Positions 52,229 through 61,665 of a stretch of 64,000 bases of DNA are shown piece after piece. Location: NCBI GenBank assembly GCA_051859245.1, contig JBHYGA010000005.1:667527-731526 (forward strand), written 5' to 3'. The position numbers were made by a program, and so were the translations under genes. The notes below the pieces were generated by a model that saw only the letters and a program-made list of their open reading frames with translations, made no database searches and was not told the origin of the DNA. How positions within the stretch are numbered: position 1 is the stretch's first letter; each line of letters begins with the position of its first letter. This DNA comes from Gemmatimonadaceae bacterium (GTDB lineage: Bacteria > Gemmatimonadota > Gemmatimonadetes > Gemmatimonadales > Gemmatimonadaceae).

Positions 52229-52962
52229 TGCTTCCTCCCGGACGACGCACTCTTGTAACCGGCGCCAGCCGACCCTACGGCGTCGCGCTGGTTCGCGCCT
52301 GCCTTGAACGCGGGGACCGAGTGATTGCCGCGTCGCGCAATCCGGCGCGCGTACCGGTGCTGGCGGATTTGCGCGCCGAGTTTGGCGGGCTGGATCTCTT
52401 GCCGCTCGATCCGGCTGACGCAGCATCGGTCGCCGATGCGGTGCCTGTACTCGAATCACTCGCGCCATCGCTCGATTTGTTGCTGATTGGGCCGCCCGAA
52501 CCCGGGGTGCACGAAAAGCTTGCCGACGCCGAACGTGACGCCGTGTTTGCGACCATGTCGGGCACGGGGTTGGTCGAGCACTACCGTCGTTCGGCCGTCG
52601 CTCCCGTGCTCCTCGTGCGCACATTGTTGCCGTTTTTGGCGCGTGAGCGCGGCGCGCGTGTACTGTTCGTGAGCTCCTGGCTGGGCTCACTCGACGGCAA
52701 GGTGCAGGGTGGGGACTACGCCGTATGCGCCAGTGCGGCTGGGCTACACATGATGGTGCGTGCGCTGTCGTACGATGTGGCCGAACACGGCATCACCTGC
52801 GTGATCGGCAACCCGGGGTGGTACGCCACGTCTCCGGACGGTCCGGTGTTTCGTATTCCGATCAATGAGTCGGCGCAGGGGCTGATTTCTGTAACCGATG
52901 CCATCGCTGCGTCGCAGAGCGGCGGATTTTTTGACTATACCGGGGCCGAACGAGCATGGTAG
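52228..52962 (+). CDS. SDR-fold protein with degenerate catalytic motifs
   Basis: VTGASRPYG, SSWLGS, NPGW..T, SGGFFDYTG...W (CsgA-like SDR layout) but no YxxxK. Confidence 0.8.
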   Translation: MLPPGRRTLVTGASRPYGVALVRACLERGDRVIAASRNPARVPVLADLRAEFGGLDLLPLDPADAASVADAVPVLESLAPSLDLLLIGPPEPGVHEKLADAERDAVFATMSGTGLVEHYRRSAVAPVLLVRTLLPFLARERGARVLFVSSWLGSLDGKVQGGDYAVCASAAGLHMMVRALSYDVAEHGITCVIGNPGWYATSPDGPVFRIPINESAQGLISVTDAIAASQSGGFFDYTGAERAW

Positions 52963-53957
52963 AGCAGCAACTCAACTGGCGTTGTGTGCGCCAGACATTC
53001 ATGGCCACTGGCGCGCTGGTCGTGTCCATGTCGGCTCCGTTGCACAATGCGTACGCACAACGTCCGCTCCCTGCATCTGCGCAGCCACCGGCTGCGACGT
53101 CTGTCGTGCCGGCGAACGCGCTGTACGTGCCGCATCGCGTGGCGCGCGGTAAATCGTGGACGGACTTTGAAGCGATGCTGCAGCAGCTCACCAAAGCACA
53201 CGCGGTCTTCCTTGGTGAGCAGCATGATGATCGCGGCACACACGCGTTGCAGTTGGCGGTTCTGGAGGGGCTCGCGCGCCGCAACGTGCAGGTCGTGCTC
53301 GCGCTTGAAATGTTTGAGCGCGATGCACAGGCCGCGCTCGACGCCTATCTGGCCGGTACCATGCCCGAGAGCGCGTTTCTCGCCCAGTCGCGGCCCTGGC
53401 CCAACTACGGGCCGGACTATCGCCCGCTCGTTGAGTTTGCGAAGAAGCGGGGGTGGCCCGTGATCGCGTCGAATGTACCGCGTAATATTGCGTCGATGGT
53501 ATCGCGTGGCGGATTGAGCGCCCTCGATACGTTGAACGCGACCAGCCAGCCGTGGGTGGCCGCCGAGCGTCAGTGCGGCCCTGGCGACAGATACGCCAAA
53601 AAGTTTGGCAAGACCATGGAAGACATGGGCGGCCACGGCAGCGCCGCGATGCCGCCCGAGATGATTGGTCGGTTTTACGAAGCGCAGTGCGTGAAGGACG
53701 AGACCATGGCCGAGAGCATTGTGCGCGCCTTCGACCGGTACCCGAATGCGATGGTGGTACACGTTGCCGGTGGCTTCCACGTGGAAGAAGGGCTGGGCAC
53801 GGTGGAACGCGTGAAGCGGCGTGTGAAGGCCGGCGCCACCACCCGCAAGGTCTCGGCGTTTCCGGTGGTGATGTTCGTCCCAACGGTAGACCTTGATGCG
53901 GCCAAAGCGGGCGCGCAGCGGCACTTGGGCGACTACGTGGTGTACCCGATCAAGTAA
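52956..53957 (+). CDS. ChaN-family (EreA/ChaN-like) exported protein
   Basis: FLGEQHD, LEMFERD.Q, WPNY..DYRPL, AQCVKDETMA, GGFH. Confidence 0.87.
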   Translation: MVEQQLNWRCVRQTFMATGALVVSMSAPLHNAYAQRPLPASAQPPAATSVVPANALYVPHRVARGKSWTDFEAMLQQLTKAHAVFLGEQHDDRGTHALQLAVLEGLARRNVQVVLALEMFERDAQAALDAYLAGTMPESAFLAQSRPWPNYGPDYRPLVEFAKKRGWPVIASNVPRNIASMVSRGGLSALDTLNATSQPWVAAERQCGPGDRYAKKFGKTMEDMGGHGSAAMPPEMIGRFYEAQCVKDETMAESIVRAFDRYPNAMVVHVAGGFHVEEGLGTVERVKRRVKAGATTRKVSAFPVVMFVPTVDLDAAKAGAQRHLGDYVVYPIK

Positions 53958-54057
53958 GGCGTGTGCAGTTGCGATGCTGAGCCAATTGTCGCATCGTCAG
54001 TAGGTCAAGCAGTGTTGCCGTTCCAACCACAATTCTCTCCTCCAACACCCCTGTCAC

Positions 54058-54522
54058 ATGAAGAAACTTTCCACGTTCGCGCTTTCAAAGGCGCTCGTCG
54101 TTGCCGGACTTGTGCTCGTCGCCGCGCCCCTCTCGGTCCAGGCGCAGGACGGACTCACCAAGTCTTCCGGCAAGTGGATGGGCAACTTTACGGGCAGCAT
54201 GGGCGCCATGGTCACCGTTGAAAACGCCAAGAAAGACACGGAGTCTGAGGCACGCATGGAAGTGCAGCGCGCCGGCTCGAATGTGCTGGTCGCGTGGGAT
54301 ATCGCTGAAGGTGTGTGCGGCGACAATGCGAACCCGCTAGTAGCTCGCGCCAAGTTCCGCCAGATCCGTGCAGGCACAGACGGCACGGGTACGGGCAAGG
54401 CCACGATTCCCCGCCTTGATCCGACCAAGCGTTATTACGCGCGCGTGTATAGCCCGGAAAACGCGGCGGCTCCTGATGGTGGACCCGGCAGCTGCGTGAA
54501 CCTCGCCGAGCAGCCGAAGTAA
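54058..54522 (+). CDS. Secreted hypothetical protein
   Basis: Signal peptide (AQA-Q), two Cys (EGVCG, GSCVNL); followed by a terminator. Confidence 0.75.
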   Translation: MKKLSTFALSKALVVAGLVLVAAPLSVQAQDGLTKSSGKWMGNFTGSMGAMVTVENAKKDTESEARMEVQRAGSNVLVAWDIAEGVCGDNANPLVARAKFRQIRAGTDGTGTGKATIPRLDPTKRYYARVYSPENAAAPDGGPGSCVNLAEQPK

Positions 54523-54543
54523 CTGTCATCACGCTGGACAAAC

Positions 54544-54588
54544 AAAAAGAAACGGGGCCGTCGCATCTGGTGCGACGGCCCCGTTTTT
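54544..54588. terminator. Bidirectional intrinsic terminator
   Basis: AAACGGGGCCGTCGCA-TCTGG-TGCGACGGCCCCGTTT with A run upstream and T run downstream, between convergent genes. Confidence 0.9.
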
Positions 54589-54605
54589 ACATCACAGCCA
54601 CCTCG

Positions 54606-56243
54606 TCACGGCGCCGAACCCGGGCCGCTGCCACCGAACGTGTAGATCGGGAGGCCAAGCGTTTCGAGCTCACGACCGTGCACCGGGAAGTGCAACGGCG
54701 TACCACGCAGCAGCTTGCCCCAGCCGCGCTGATCGTAGTACGAGATCGCGGGCTCCAACGGGAAGAGGTCGATACGCTTTTCATACATGAGCGCATCCCA
54801 CAAGTCGCCGCACGTGCCGTCATCCTTGCGCGGCACGCAGGACGGCGTGTTTGGCGGACCGTTGACCGTCACCGGTGCGAGGCCTGCGGCAACACGCGTC
54901 GGGTTGAGAAGCGCTGGCACTTCGTTGCGACGGTTGAGGCGATACAAAGCCTCGGCGCGGATGTAGCGCATTTCATCCAGCGTCATGATCGGAAGCACGC
55001 CGGTTGTGTGGAAGTTCAGCGCGGGAGGATTGCGATACCGCGTGCTGTGGTAGTTCGAGTGCATGTACGTGCCGCTAGTCGCTGACATTGTCTGCGATGC
55101 GATACGCTTGATGCGCGTCCCGGCCGGCTGCGCGTCCGTCGTAGTGTTGGAAATGCGCTTGTCCGGTGTCCCAATCGTGATCGCTGCACGCTGTTCGATG
55201 GGCAGATTCAGCCAAGTCTGATAGACGCCGGTGGTATCCGCGGGACCGATCAAACGATTGTTGGTCCGTGCGTTGGTCTGCAAGTAGGCAAACTGCTGGT
55301 ACACCGAGCGAGTGTCAGCAATATCAAGCTGCGCCTGAGCGGTGAAGTCCTTGGTGATTGCAGAATCGAGCAGCGTGAGAATCCGCTGCCAGTCGGTCGC
55401 CGCGCGACCCGCTGGGTCGCGCGCTTCGTACGCGTAGCTGCGCACGAGGTACCCGTACATCACGCGCACGAAATCATCGCGCGTCAAGGCGTTGCCATTG
55501 ATCCACGTGGTCGGAAGCGTGAATGCTGGCGCAGCTTTGGCATCAGCGATGGCGGAGCGAAGGCTGGCGCGACCCGTCTCAAGCATTTCCGTGTACGGCT
55601 TCAGCGTCGTGAAATCGTACGTTGCCGGGTCATCGTTCTCAGTCGCCGGGAAACCCTGGTCGAACATCAGACCAATCTGGATGTTTCCCAGTCCGATCAG
55701 GAACTTGCTGAAAACAATCGCGCGAGGCGTGTCCTGTCCATCTGGGAACTGGGCGTTCACCAGTCCCAGCTTCAGATTGTTCGCCCGGATGGACGTGATC
55801 GCGTCGCGCCCTGTTGCGAGCACGCCGTAGCTCTCGTACCACGGTTTCCGGTTATGCCAGCCGCCGGCATCGAGATTGTTGATTTCCGGACGCGGTTCAC
55901 GCGTGATCTGGAATGGGAACGCGTCGGCAGTCGTCAGCTCATTGCCCCATACTGAGAGCTGAATGCCGGGCGATCCCGCGACGGAGGTCGTGGTCGAACG
56001 CGCGCCTTGCGTTACGCCCCAGTAGTCGCGCCATCCGCCAATCAAAGCCGCTTCAATATTCGAAGCATCTGAGAATACACCGAGAATGAGTGGCGAGTTC
56101 TGATTCGTCACGTCGAGCGATTGACACCCGGCGAACAGGAGTGGTCCCGCCACCACCGCCGCTGTGATCCATGGCGCTCGCCGAACCAGCGTGCGCTGGT
56201 TCGGGTTCAAAGATTTCTTCATAAGCTGTGTCTGTGGGCGCAT
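54606..56243 (-). CDS. SusD/RagB-family outer-membrane lipoprotein
   Basis: Lipobox FAGC, LDVTNQN, EMRYIRAEA, YEKRI, YYDQRGWG; directly follows SusC (alternative ATG 56222). Confidence 0.88.
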   Translation of the reverse strand: MRPQTQLMKKSLNPNQRTLVRRAPWITAAVVAGPLLFAGCQSLDVTNQNSPLILGVFSDASNIEAALIGGWRDYWGVTQGARSTTTSVAGSPGIQLSVWGNELTTADAFPFQITREPRPEINNLDAGGWHNRKPWYESYGVLATGRDAITSIRANNLKLGLVNAQFPDGQDTPRAIVFSKFLIGLGNIQIGLMFDQGFPATENDDPATYDFTTLKPYTEMLETGRASLRSAIADAKAAPAFTLPTTWINGNALTRDDFVRVMYGYLVRSYAYEARDPAGRAATDWQRILTLLDSAITKDFTAQAQLDIADTRSVYQQFAYLQTNARTNNRLIGPADTTGVYQTWLNLPIEQRAAITIGTPDKRISNTTTDAQPAGTRIKRIASQTMSATSGTYMHSNYHSTRYRNPPALNFHTTGVLPIMTLDEMRYIRAEALYRLNRRNEVPALLNPTRVAAGLAPVTVNGPPNTPSCVPRKDDGTCGDLWDALMYEKRIDLFPLEPAISYYDQRGWGKLLRGTPLHFPVHGRELETLGLPIYTFGGSGPGSAP

Positions 56244-59200
56244 CAGAAGGTGATCGTGAAAGCGGCAGTGATCGTGCGGGTGAGCGGATACACTTCCTGG
56301 TCGAGATTGGTCAGTGCACCGTTACGACCTTCGACGTTGATGCCGGAGTAGTTCGTGATGGTGAGCAGGTTACGGCCTACAAGGTCGGCCTGAATTCGGC
56401 TTGCGCCAATCTTGCCAATCCACGGATGACGGCGGGAATCGAACAGATAGCCGAACGCCATTTCCTGCAGGCGCGCGTACGATGCGTCTTCCACGAACTC
56501 CGCCTGGTAACCAGAGTTACCGTTGGCAAGGCCAGTCGCGTAATAGCTGGTCGGCTTGCGCAGTTCATCGGGCTTTCCGACCTGATTCACTTCCGGGTGG
56601 TCATTCGACGCGAGCAGCGTCTGGCGCACCTGGTTGTAGATGTCTCCACCGAACTGGCCGTTGAACAGCGTGTAAAGGCGGAATCCTTTGTAGCGGAACG
56701 TGTTTCCAAAGCCGAATCGAAGATCGGCAGCAAAGTCTGCGATCAGGTCGCGACGAAGAACACCCGCGTCATCTACCTGGAGGAAGGGGCGGCCCCATGC
56801 GTAGTTGATGCCGTCGATGCGCACTGTGGTATTCCACAGATTCTTAGCTTTGCCATCGGTGTAGTTGTTGCCAACGCCGACTGGTACAAGGTAGCCGTTG
56901 TCGTCAACCTGGAACTGGTTCAGCGAGTTCGCGTGCACCGAGCGCAACTGCTCCGGGCTCTTGACATGGAAGTTTCCAAACCACTGGCCAAGCCGGAGAT
57001 TGTCACAGTAGTTCACTGGTCCGTCGGTAAAGCAGGTACGACCGAACTTCTCAATGAAGTTGCGCGAACGATCGGCGGTCAGCAACACATCCCACTGAAA
57101 ACCGTTCGGATTCTGCAGGATGTTGGCCTGAATCGTTGCCTCAATCGTCTGGCCGCTGATCGAACCGACGTTCTGGTTCTGCGTGTTGTAGCCAAACAGC
57201 GCGCCGAGTGGAATCGGAATGATGTTCTGGTCGGTGTACGTGTCCACATACACGAGTGACGCTGAAATCTTCTGATTGATGATCATGTCCACGCCGAACT
57301 CCTGTTCGGTCGTGAGTTCCGGGCGTAGCAAAGGGTTGCCCAATTCCGTACGAACTACGGCGCCGGTGCTCACCGCCAGCAGTTCGTACTGATCAGCAAA
57401 GTTCGGACGCGTGCCGGCCGTACCAATGCTGTAGCGCAGCTTGAACAGATCGAGGAAGCCTACATTGAACCAGTCTTCTTCGTTCACCAGCCATGAGCCA
57501 GCGAGGCGATAAAAGTTGTTCCAGCGTGCTTCCGGTCCAAAGAGCGAGCTGCCTTCGCGACGGATGAGACCATCGATGATGTACTTGTCGTTATAGTCAA
57601 ACGCGACCGTGCTGAGCACAGAGTTTGTGCGACGATCCGTGATCGACGACGATGCCGTGCGCGTGGTCGATGACTGAATCGTCTTCACGCCCGACACCGT
57701 GAAGATGTCGCCGCGGCCCTGCTGGGCCGGCGTGATTTCCCGCTCGGTCTGTCCACGCACCGTCCAACGCGCGGTGAGGTCGCCGAACGCCTTGGTCATC
57801 GTGGCACCGGTGGTGGCCACAATACCCTGCGTGATGTCCTTGTCGAGCACCAGCGTGCCGGTGGTCAGACCTTCGCCGTTTTCATTGGTCTGGCCGCGCG
57901 GAATGAACTGTTCATCATCCACGTCACCGCGGTCATAGCCAACGTCGCCCGTGAGGGTGAGCCAGCGATACGGGCGATACTGCGCGTTGAGGTTGAGCAG
58001 GGCACGGGCGCGCTGCTGCTTACGCTGCACGAACTCCTGGTTGTAGAACGGATTCGTGGCGGTCGACAGCGGATCCGGCAGGATGGCGTACTTGAAGCGG
58101 CCGAGTGAATCGGGCGCCTGCAGGTTCACGTCCGGGTTGAAGCGATAGAAGTTGATGTAGCTGATACGCGCCGGATCGTTCTGGCTCGTGGTGTACGACA
58201 CTGAGGCACCAAGACTCAGCTTTTCCTTGATGCGGTGATCCACATTGAGGCGCATCGACTGGCGATTAAAGCCATTCGACCCTTCAATGATGCCCGGCTG
58301 CTGATTGCGCGTGAACGACAACGTGAAGTTGGTCGCGGCACTGTTCTGCTGAAGCGTCGCCGTCTGGGTATTGAACGTGCCCGGATTGAAGAACTGCTTC
58401 GCGTGATCGTACGTGGGATCAATGTACGGGTTTTCCATGATGCCGCTCGGCTGCTGCACCCGATTGGCGCGCGGCACAACCTGTCCGGCCGCGTTGATGT
58501 ACTGCCCCTGCTCGTTCACCAGGAACTGGTGTGCCAGCGGCTTGCTCAGCTGCTTGGACACCTGATCCGTGCCGACTTCCGTACGCAGCGTGAACTGCGT
58601 CTGGCCGAGCTGCAGGTTGCTGCCGCGAGCCGTGGTAATGGCGATCACGCCTGATGCAGCGCGAGAACCGTACAACGCGGCTGCGGCGGCGCCCTTGATC
58701 ACTTCGATCGTTTCGATATCAAGCGCTTCGATGTCCTGCGTGGTCACAGACTGCGTCTGATTGAGGAACACGCCGTCAATCACGTACAACGGACCGTTGT
58801 TGCCGTTGTACTGCGACACCGGCGTACGCAGCTGCACGAACATGCCCGATCCCGGCGCGCCGCTTGCACGCGTGATATTCGCACCCGCCACTTTACCGAT
58901 GAGCGCGCCCGCGGCCGATCCGGTCGTCGGAACGGGCAGGTCAGCCGCCGTGAGCTTGTCCACCGTGTACGGCGTCTTGTTGCCGGACGTAGGGTCAACC
59001 GACGCGGACACCGTGACCTGATTCAGACGGAGCTGGTTGACGTTCAACTCAAAGTTGATCGTCTGGATTGAGTCAAGCACAAACCGGATGTTGTCGACCT
59101 GACGTTCGCCGTAACCGATGCGGCGGGCCTGCAGCGCGTACACGCCCGAGAACGGAGCGGAGAGTACATAGCGACCGTCCGCGCCGGTGGTCGCCGCGGT

Positions 59201-59386
59201 GGTGGTGCCCGCCACGCGGATCGTCACACCCGGAATCGGGAGCTTTGTTTCGACGTCTGTGACCGTGCCCGTAACGCGCGCGTTGCGCGTCTGCGCGCTG
59301 ACGTCGGCGGCCGAGGTGACAACCGCGATTGCGGCCAGAGGGACAAGCCAGCGTAGTGCCTGGCGGGGGGAACTTCGACGCGACAT
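56243..59386 (-). CDS. SusC/RagA-family TonB-dependent outer-membrane transporter
   Basis: PLYVIDG, DIETIEVIKGAAAAALYGSRAASGVIAITT, GNPLLRPE, C-terminal Phe. Confidence 0.95.
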   Translation of the reverse strand: MSRRSSPRQALRWLVPLAAIAVVTSAADVSAQTRNARVTGTVTDVETKLPIPGVTIRVAGTTTAATTGADGRYVLSAPFSGVYALQARRIGYGERQVDNIRFVLDSIQTINFELNVNQLRLNQVTVSASVDPTSGNKTPYTVDKLTAADLPVPTTGSAAGALIGKVAGANITRASGAPGSGMFVQLRTPVSQYNGNNGPLYVIDGVFLNQTQSVTTQDIEALDIETIEVIKGAAAAALYGSRAASGVIAITTARGSNLQLGQTQFTLRTEVGTDQVSKQLSKPLAHQFLVNEQGQYINAAGQVVPRANRVQQPSGIMENPYIDPTYDHAKQFFNPGTFNTQTATLQQNSAATNFTLSFTRNQQPGIIEGSNGFNRQSMRLNVDHRIKEKLSLGASVSYTTSQNDPARISYINFYRFNPDVNLQAPDSLGRFKYAILPDPLSTATNPFYNQEFVQRKQQRARALLNLNAQYRPYRWLTLTGDVGYDRGDVDDEQFIPRGQTNENGEGLTTGTLVLDKDITQGIVATTGATMTKAFGDLTARWTVRGQTEREITPAQQGRGDIFTVSGVKTIQSSTTRTASSSITDRRTNSVLSTVAFDYNDKYIIDGLIRREGSSLFGPEARWNNFYRLAGSWLVNEEDWFNVGFLDLFKLRYSIGTAGTRPNFADQYELLAVSTGAVVRTELGNPLLRPELTTEQEFGVDMIINQKISASLVYVDTYTDQNIIPIPLGALFGYNTQNQNVGSISGQTIEATIQANILQNPNGFQWDVLLTADRSRNFIEKFGRTCFTDGPVNYCDNLRLGQWFGNFHVKSPEQLRSVHANSLNQFQVDDNGYLVPVGVGNNYTDGKAKNLWNTTVRIDGINYAWGRPFLQVDDAGVLRRDLIADFAADLRFGFGNTFRYKGFRLYTLFNGQFGGDIYNQVRQTLLASNDHPEVNQVGKPDELRKPTSYYATGLANGNSGYQAEFVEDASYARLQEMAFGYLFDSRRHPWIGKIGASRIQADLVGRNLLTITNYSGINVEGRNGALTNLDQEVYPLTRTITAAFTITF

Positions 59387-59935
59387 GCGCGCTCCTCGAG
59401 ATTGGGGCGGGAACAGATGTGATCGTGTCAGCTCCCGAGCGCTAAGGCATCGGACCGGTCACAATCAGGAAAGGAAACAGCAGATTACGACGTCATTCTG
59501 CACACTTTACACAAATACGCAAGACTTGCGCCGGAACAAGCGCTGACTGGTGGTGTAGACTTGCGATTGTCTTGGTGATGCTGACGCATTTCCCGACAAA
59601 AGCATGAGCCCGTCACCCCACCCTCGGTTGTCCGTTGCCGATGTCAACGTACCCGCAATCGTGCGACCGTACACAGTCGATTGGATCGGCCGGATTCGTA
59701 CGCACCAGGTGCCCTACGTGTTGATAGATACGGTCCGGTTACACAAACGCGACGCCAAGCGGGCTCAGCCGCTGACAAGGACGTCAAGGCGCTGAATCGC
59801 GGGACAGACAGGCGCTCACGTTGGGAATCACGCGGCGGATCGATTCCACTATCTTCTGTCTTTGCGCGGACACATGCGCCTCGCGCCGATGTTACCATCG
59901 CGCGATGCGCGGCCACATTCACGCCTGGATAACCT

Positions 59936-61009
59936 GTGCAGCCTTCCATACTGGTGACGTTCGTCCGTGACCTGAGCCGGCATGTTCCACGTTCGAGCTG
60001 GGGTGCTCCGTCGCGTCTCGTGCGCCGCACTTCGCTGGCGCTGCTGGTCGCTTTGCCAACCGCGGGTGCGTGCACGCACGCCCAGCCAGCAACGCAAACA
60101 CCGGAGCGCGCCGTGGCGCCGCAGAGCGCCGATCGCGTGGCGCTCGGTGCGCAGTTGATGCGCCGCCTCACCGCATTGGCGCATGATTCCATGGAGGGCC
60201 GAGGTGCCGGCACCGCCGGTGGTGCGCGTGGTCGCGCCTACATTGAGCGCGAACTGCGCACGCTCGGCGTGGCTGCGGCTGGATCTTCGTATCAGATCCC
60301 CGTTCGCGTGCGAGCGCGCCCCGGGGCCGACACACTCGGCGCCAATGTGGTCGCGCGCGTGCCAGGCAAACGGCCCGGCGGGCCGGTGATCGTGATGTCA
60401 GCGCACCATGATCACCTCGGCATCCGCGGCGACAGCATCTATAACGGTGCCGATGACGACGCATCAGGTTCCGTGGCGCTACTCTCCCTCGCGGAACGGT
60501 TCATGAAAGCGCCGCTCGAACACGATGTGATCTTCGCCTGGTTCGAGGCCGAAGAAAGCGGTATGCTCGGATCACGTGCGTTTGTTGAATCGCCGCCGGT
60601 GCCGCAGGAACGGATCGCAGTGAACGTGAACCTGGACATGGTGTCGCGGCGCGAGGGAGGTGCCACGCTGTGGGTTGCCGGCACCGCGCACTATCCGCAG
60701 CTCAAAGCGATTGCCGAATCGGCGGTTGCAGGCGCAGCCATTCCCGTAAAATTCGGGCATGATTCGCGCGGCCTGCGTCCCAGCGATGACTGGACGTCGG
60801 CGTCGGATCACGCGTCGTTCCATCGCGCCAAGATTCCGTTCTTGTATCTCGGTGTTGAGGATCATCCAGACTACCACAAGCCTGGTGATGACGCGGCCAA
60901 GGTGGATCCCACATTCTTTTCCGCGACGGTGCTGTACACGGAAGTGCTGGTCCGCGCACTCGATGCGCGGCTGGCTGAGGTGCACAAGAGCCGCGCCGGC
61001 GCGCCGTAG
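59936..61009 (+). CDS. M28-family metallopeptidase, probable lipoprotein
   Basis: SAHHDH, NGADDDASG, AEESG, NLDM, SDH, DYHKPGD; true start probably downstream of 59936. Confidence 0.9.
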   Translation: MQPSILVTFVRDLSRHVPRSSWGAPSRLVRRTSLALLVALPTAGACTHAQPATQTPERAVAPQSADRVALGAQLMRRLTALAHDSMEGRGAGTAGGARGRAYIERELRTLGVAAAGSSYQIPVRVRARPGADTLGANVVARVPGKRPGGPVIVMSAHHDHLGIRGDSIYNGADDDASGSVALLSLAERFMKAPLEHDVIFAWFEAEESGMLGSRAFVESPPVPQERIAVNVNLDMVSRREGGATLWVAGTAHYPQLKAIAESAVAGAAIPVKFGHDSRGLRPSDDWTSASDHASFHRAKIPFLYLGVEDHPDYHKPGDDAAKVDPTFFSATVLYTEVLVRALDARLAEVHKSRAGAP

Positions 61010-61030
61010 CCAACACGTGCCGTACAAACG

Positions 61031-61066
61031 AGAAGGCCGCTGCGACGAATCGCAGCGGCCTTCTTT
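61031..61066. terminator. Intrinsic terminator
   Basis: Perfect 15-bp stem AGAAGGCCGCTGCGA-CGAA-TCGCAGCGGCCTTCT plus TT. Confidence 0.85.
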
Positions 61067-61110
61067 GTCCTGAGCCGGCTCGTGACGATCACGAGAACCG
61101 GAAACCCGTA

Positions 61111-61176
61111 CTATCGGGCGGTGATCAGGGGACCGTTTGCCCAATACGAGCCGACTAAGGGACTTTGGCTAGACAA
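61111..61176 (-). CDS. Candidate 21-aa small ORF (MSSQSPLVGSYWANGPLITAR)
   Basis: AGGAGGTGATCCA immediately before TTG (7 nt after AGGAGG); TAG at 61113-61111; hairpins downstream. Confidence 0.4.
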   Translation of the reverse strand: MSSQSPLVGSYWANGPLITAR

Positions 61177-61295
61177 TGGATCACCTCCTGTGTTTCGGGT
61201 TGGACTGAGGGCAGATCAGTCACCGTTCAGTGACCGCTTCTCATTGAACGACGACCCAAATGCACATTATGTCGCGACACAGCGCCGGACAAGTG

Positions 61296-61547
61296 TTACG
61301 CGTTGTCTGGAGGACAGGGCGATACGTCTGGAGTCGGATTCGTTGGCGGCGGGGGGCGCAATGTATCCTCCTCGGCGGCGGTATCTCTGGGTGGCGTGAG
61401 GATTTCCTCCTCACACTCGGGAGGCGCCACCACGCCGTCAGCAGAAATACACGCGGTTGCCGTGGCCGCAATGACGAAGCCCAACACTGCGAGGCGCGCC
61501 GTCCGACCGACTATCGACAATGAGTTTCTCGTAGCAAGTTCAGTCAT
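61296..61547 (-). CDS. Small Pro-rich putative lipoprotein
   Basis: Hydrophobic stretch ending ATAC, then acidic/Pro-rich tail with two more Cys. Confidence 0.5.
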   Translation of the reverse strand: MTELATRNSLSIVGRTARLAVLGFVIAATATACISADGVVAPPECEEEILTPPRDTAAEEDTLRPPPPTNPTPDVSPCPPDNA

Positions 61548-61665
61548 ACAGAGGAATATACGTGATGAGTGAAGCGTGCACGCTATATCTGTATTACCCG
61601 CCGATGTTCTGAAAAGTTTTGGGCCTGACGTCCAGACTCCCCCCGCACTTCGCTGGAACACACAT

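Noticed and set aside
61177..61189. 16S rRNA gene fragment
   Set aside because: Only 13 nt match; the preceding helix-45 sequence (GTAACC...GCGG) is absent.
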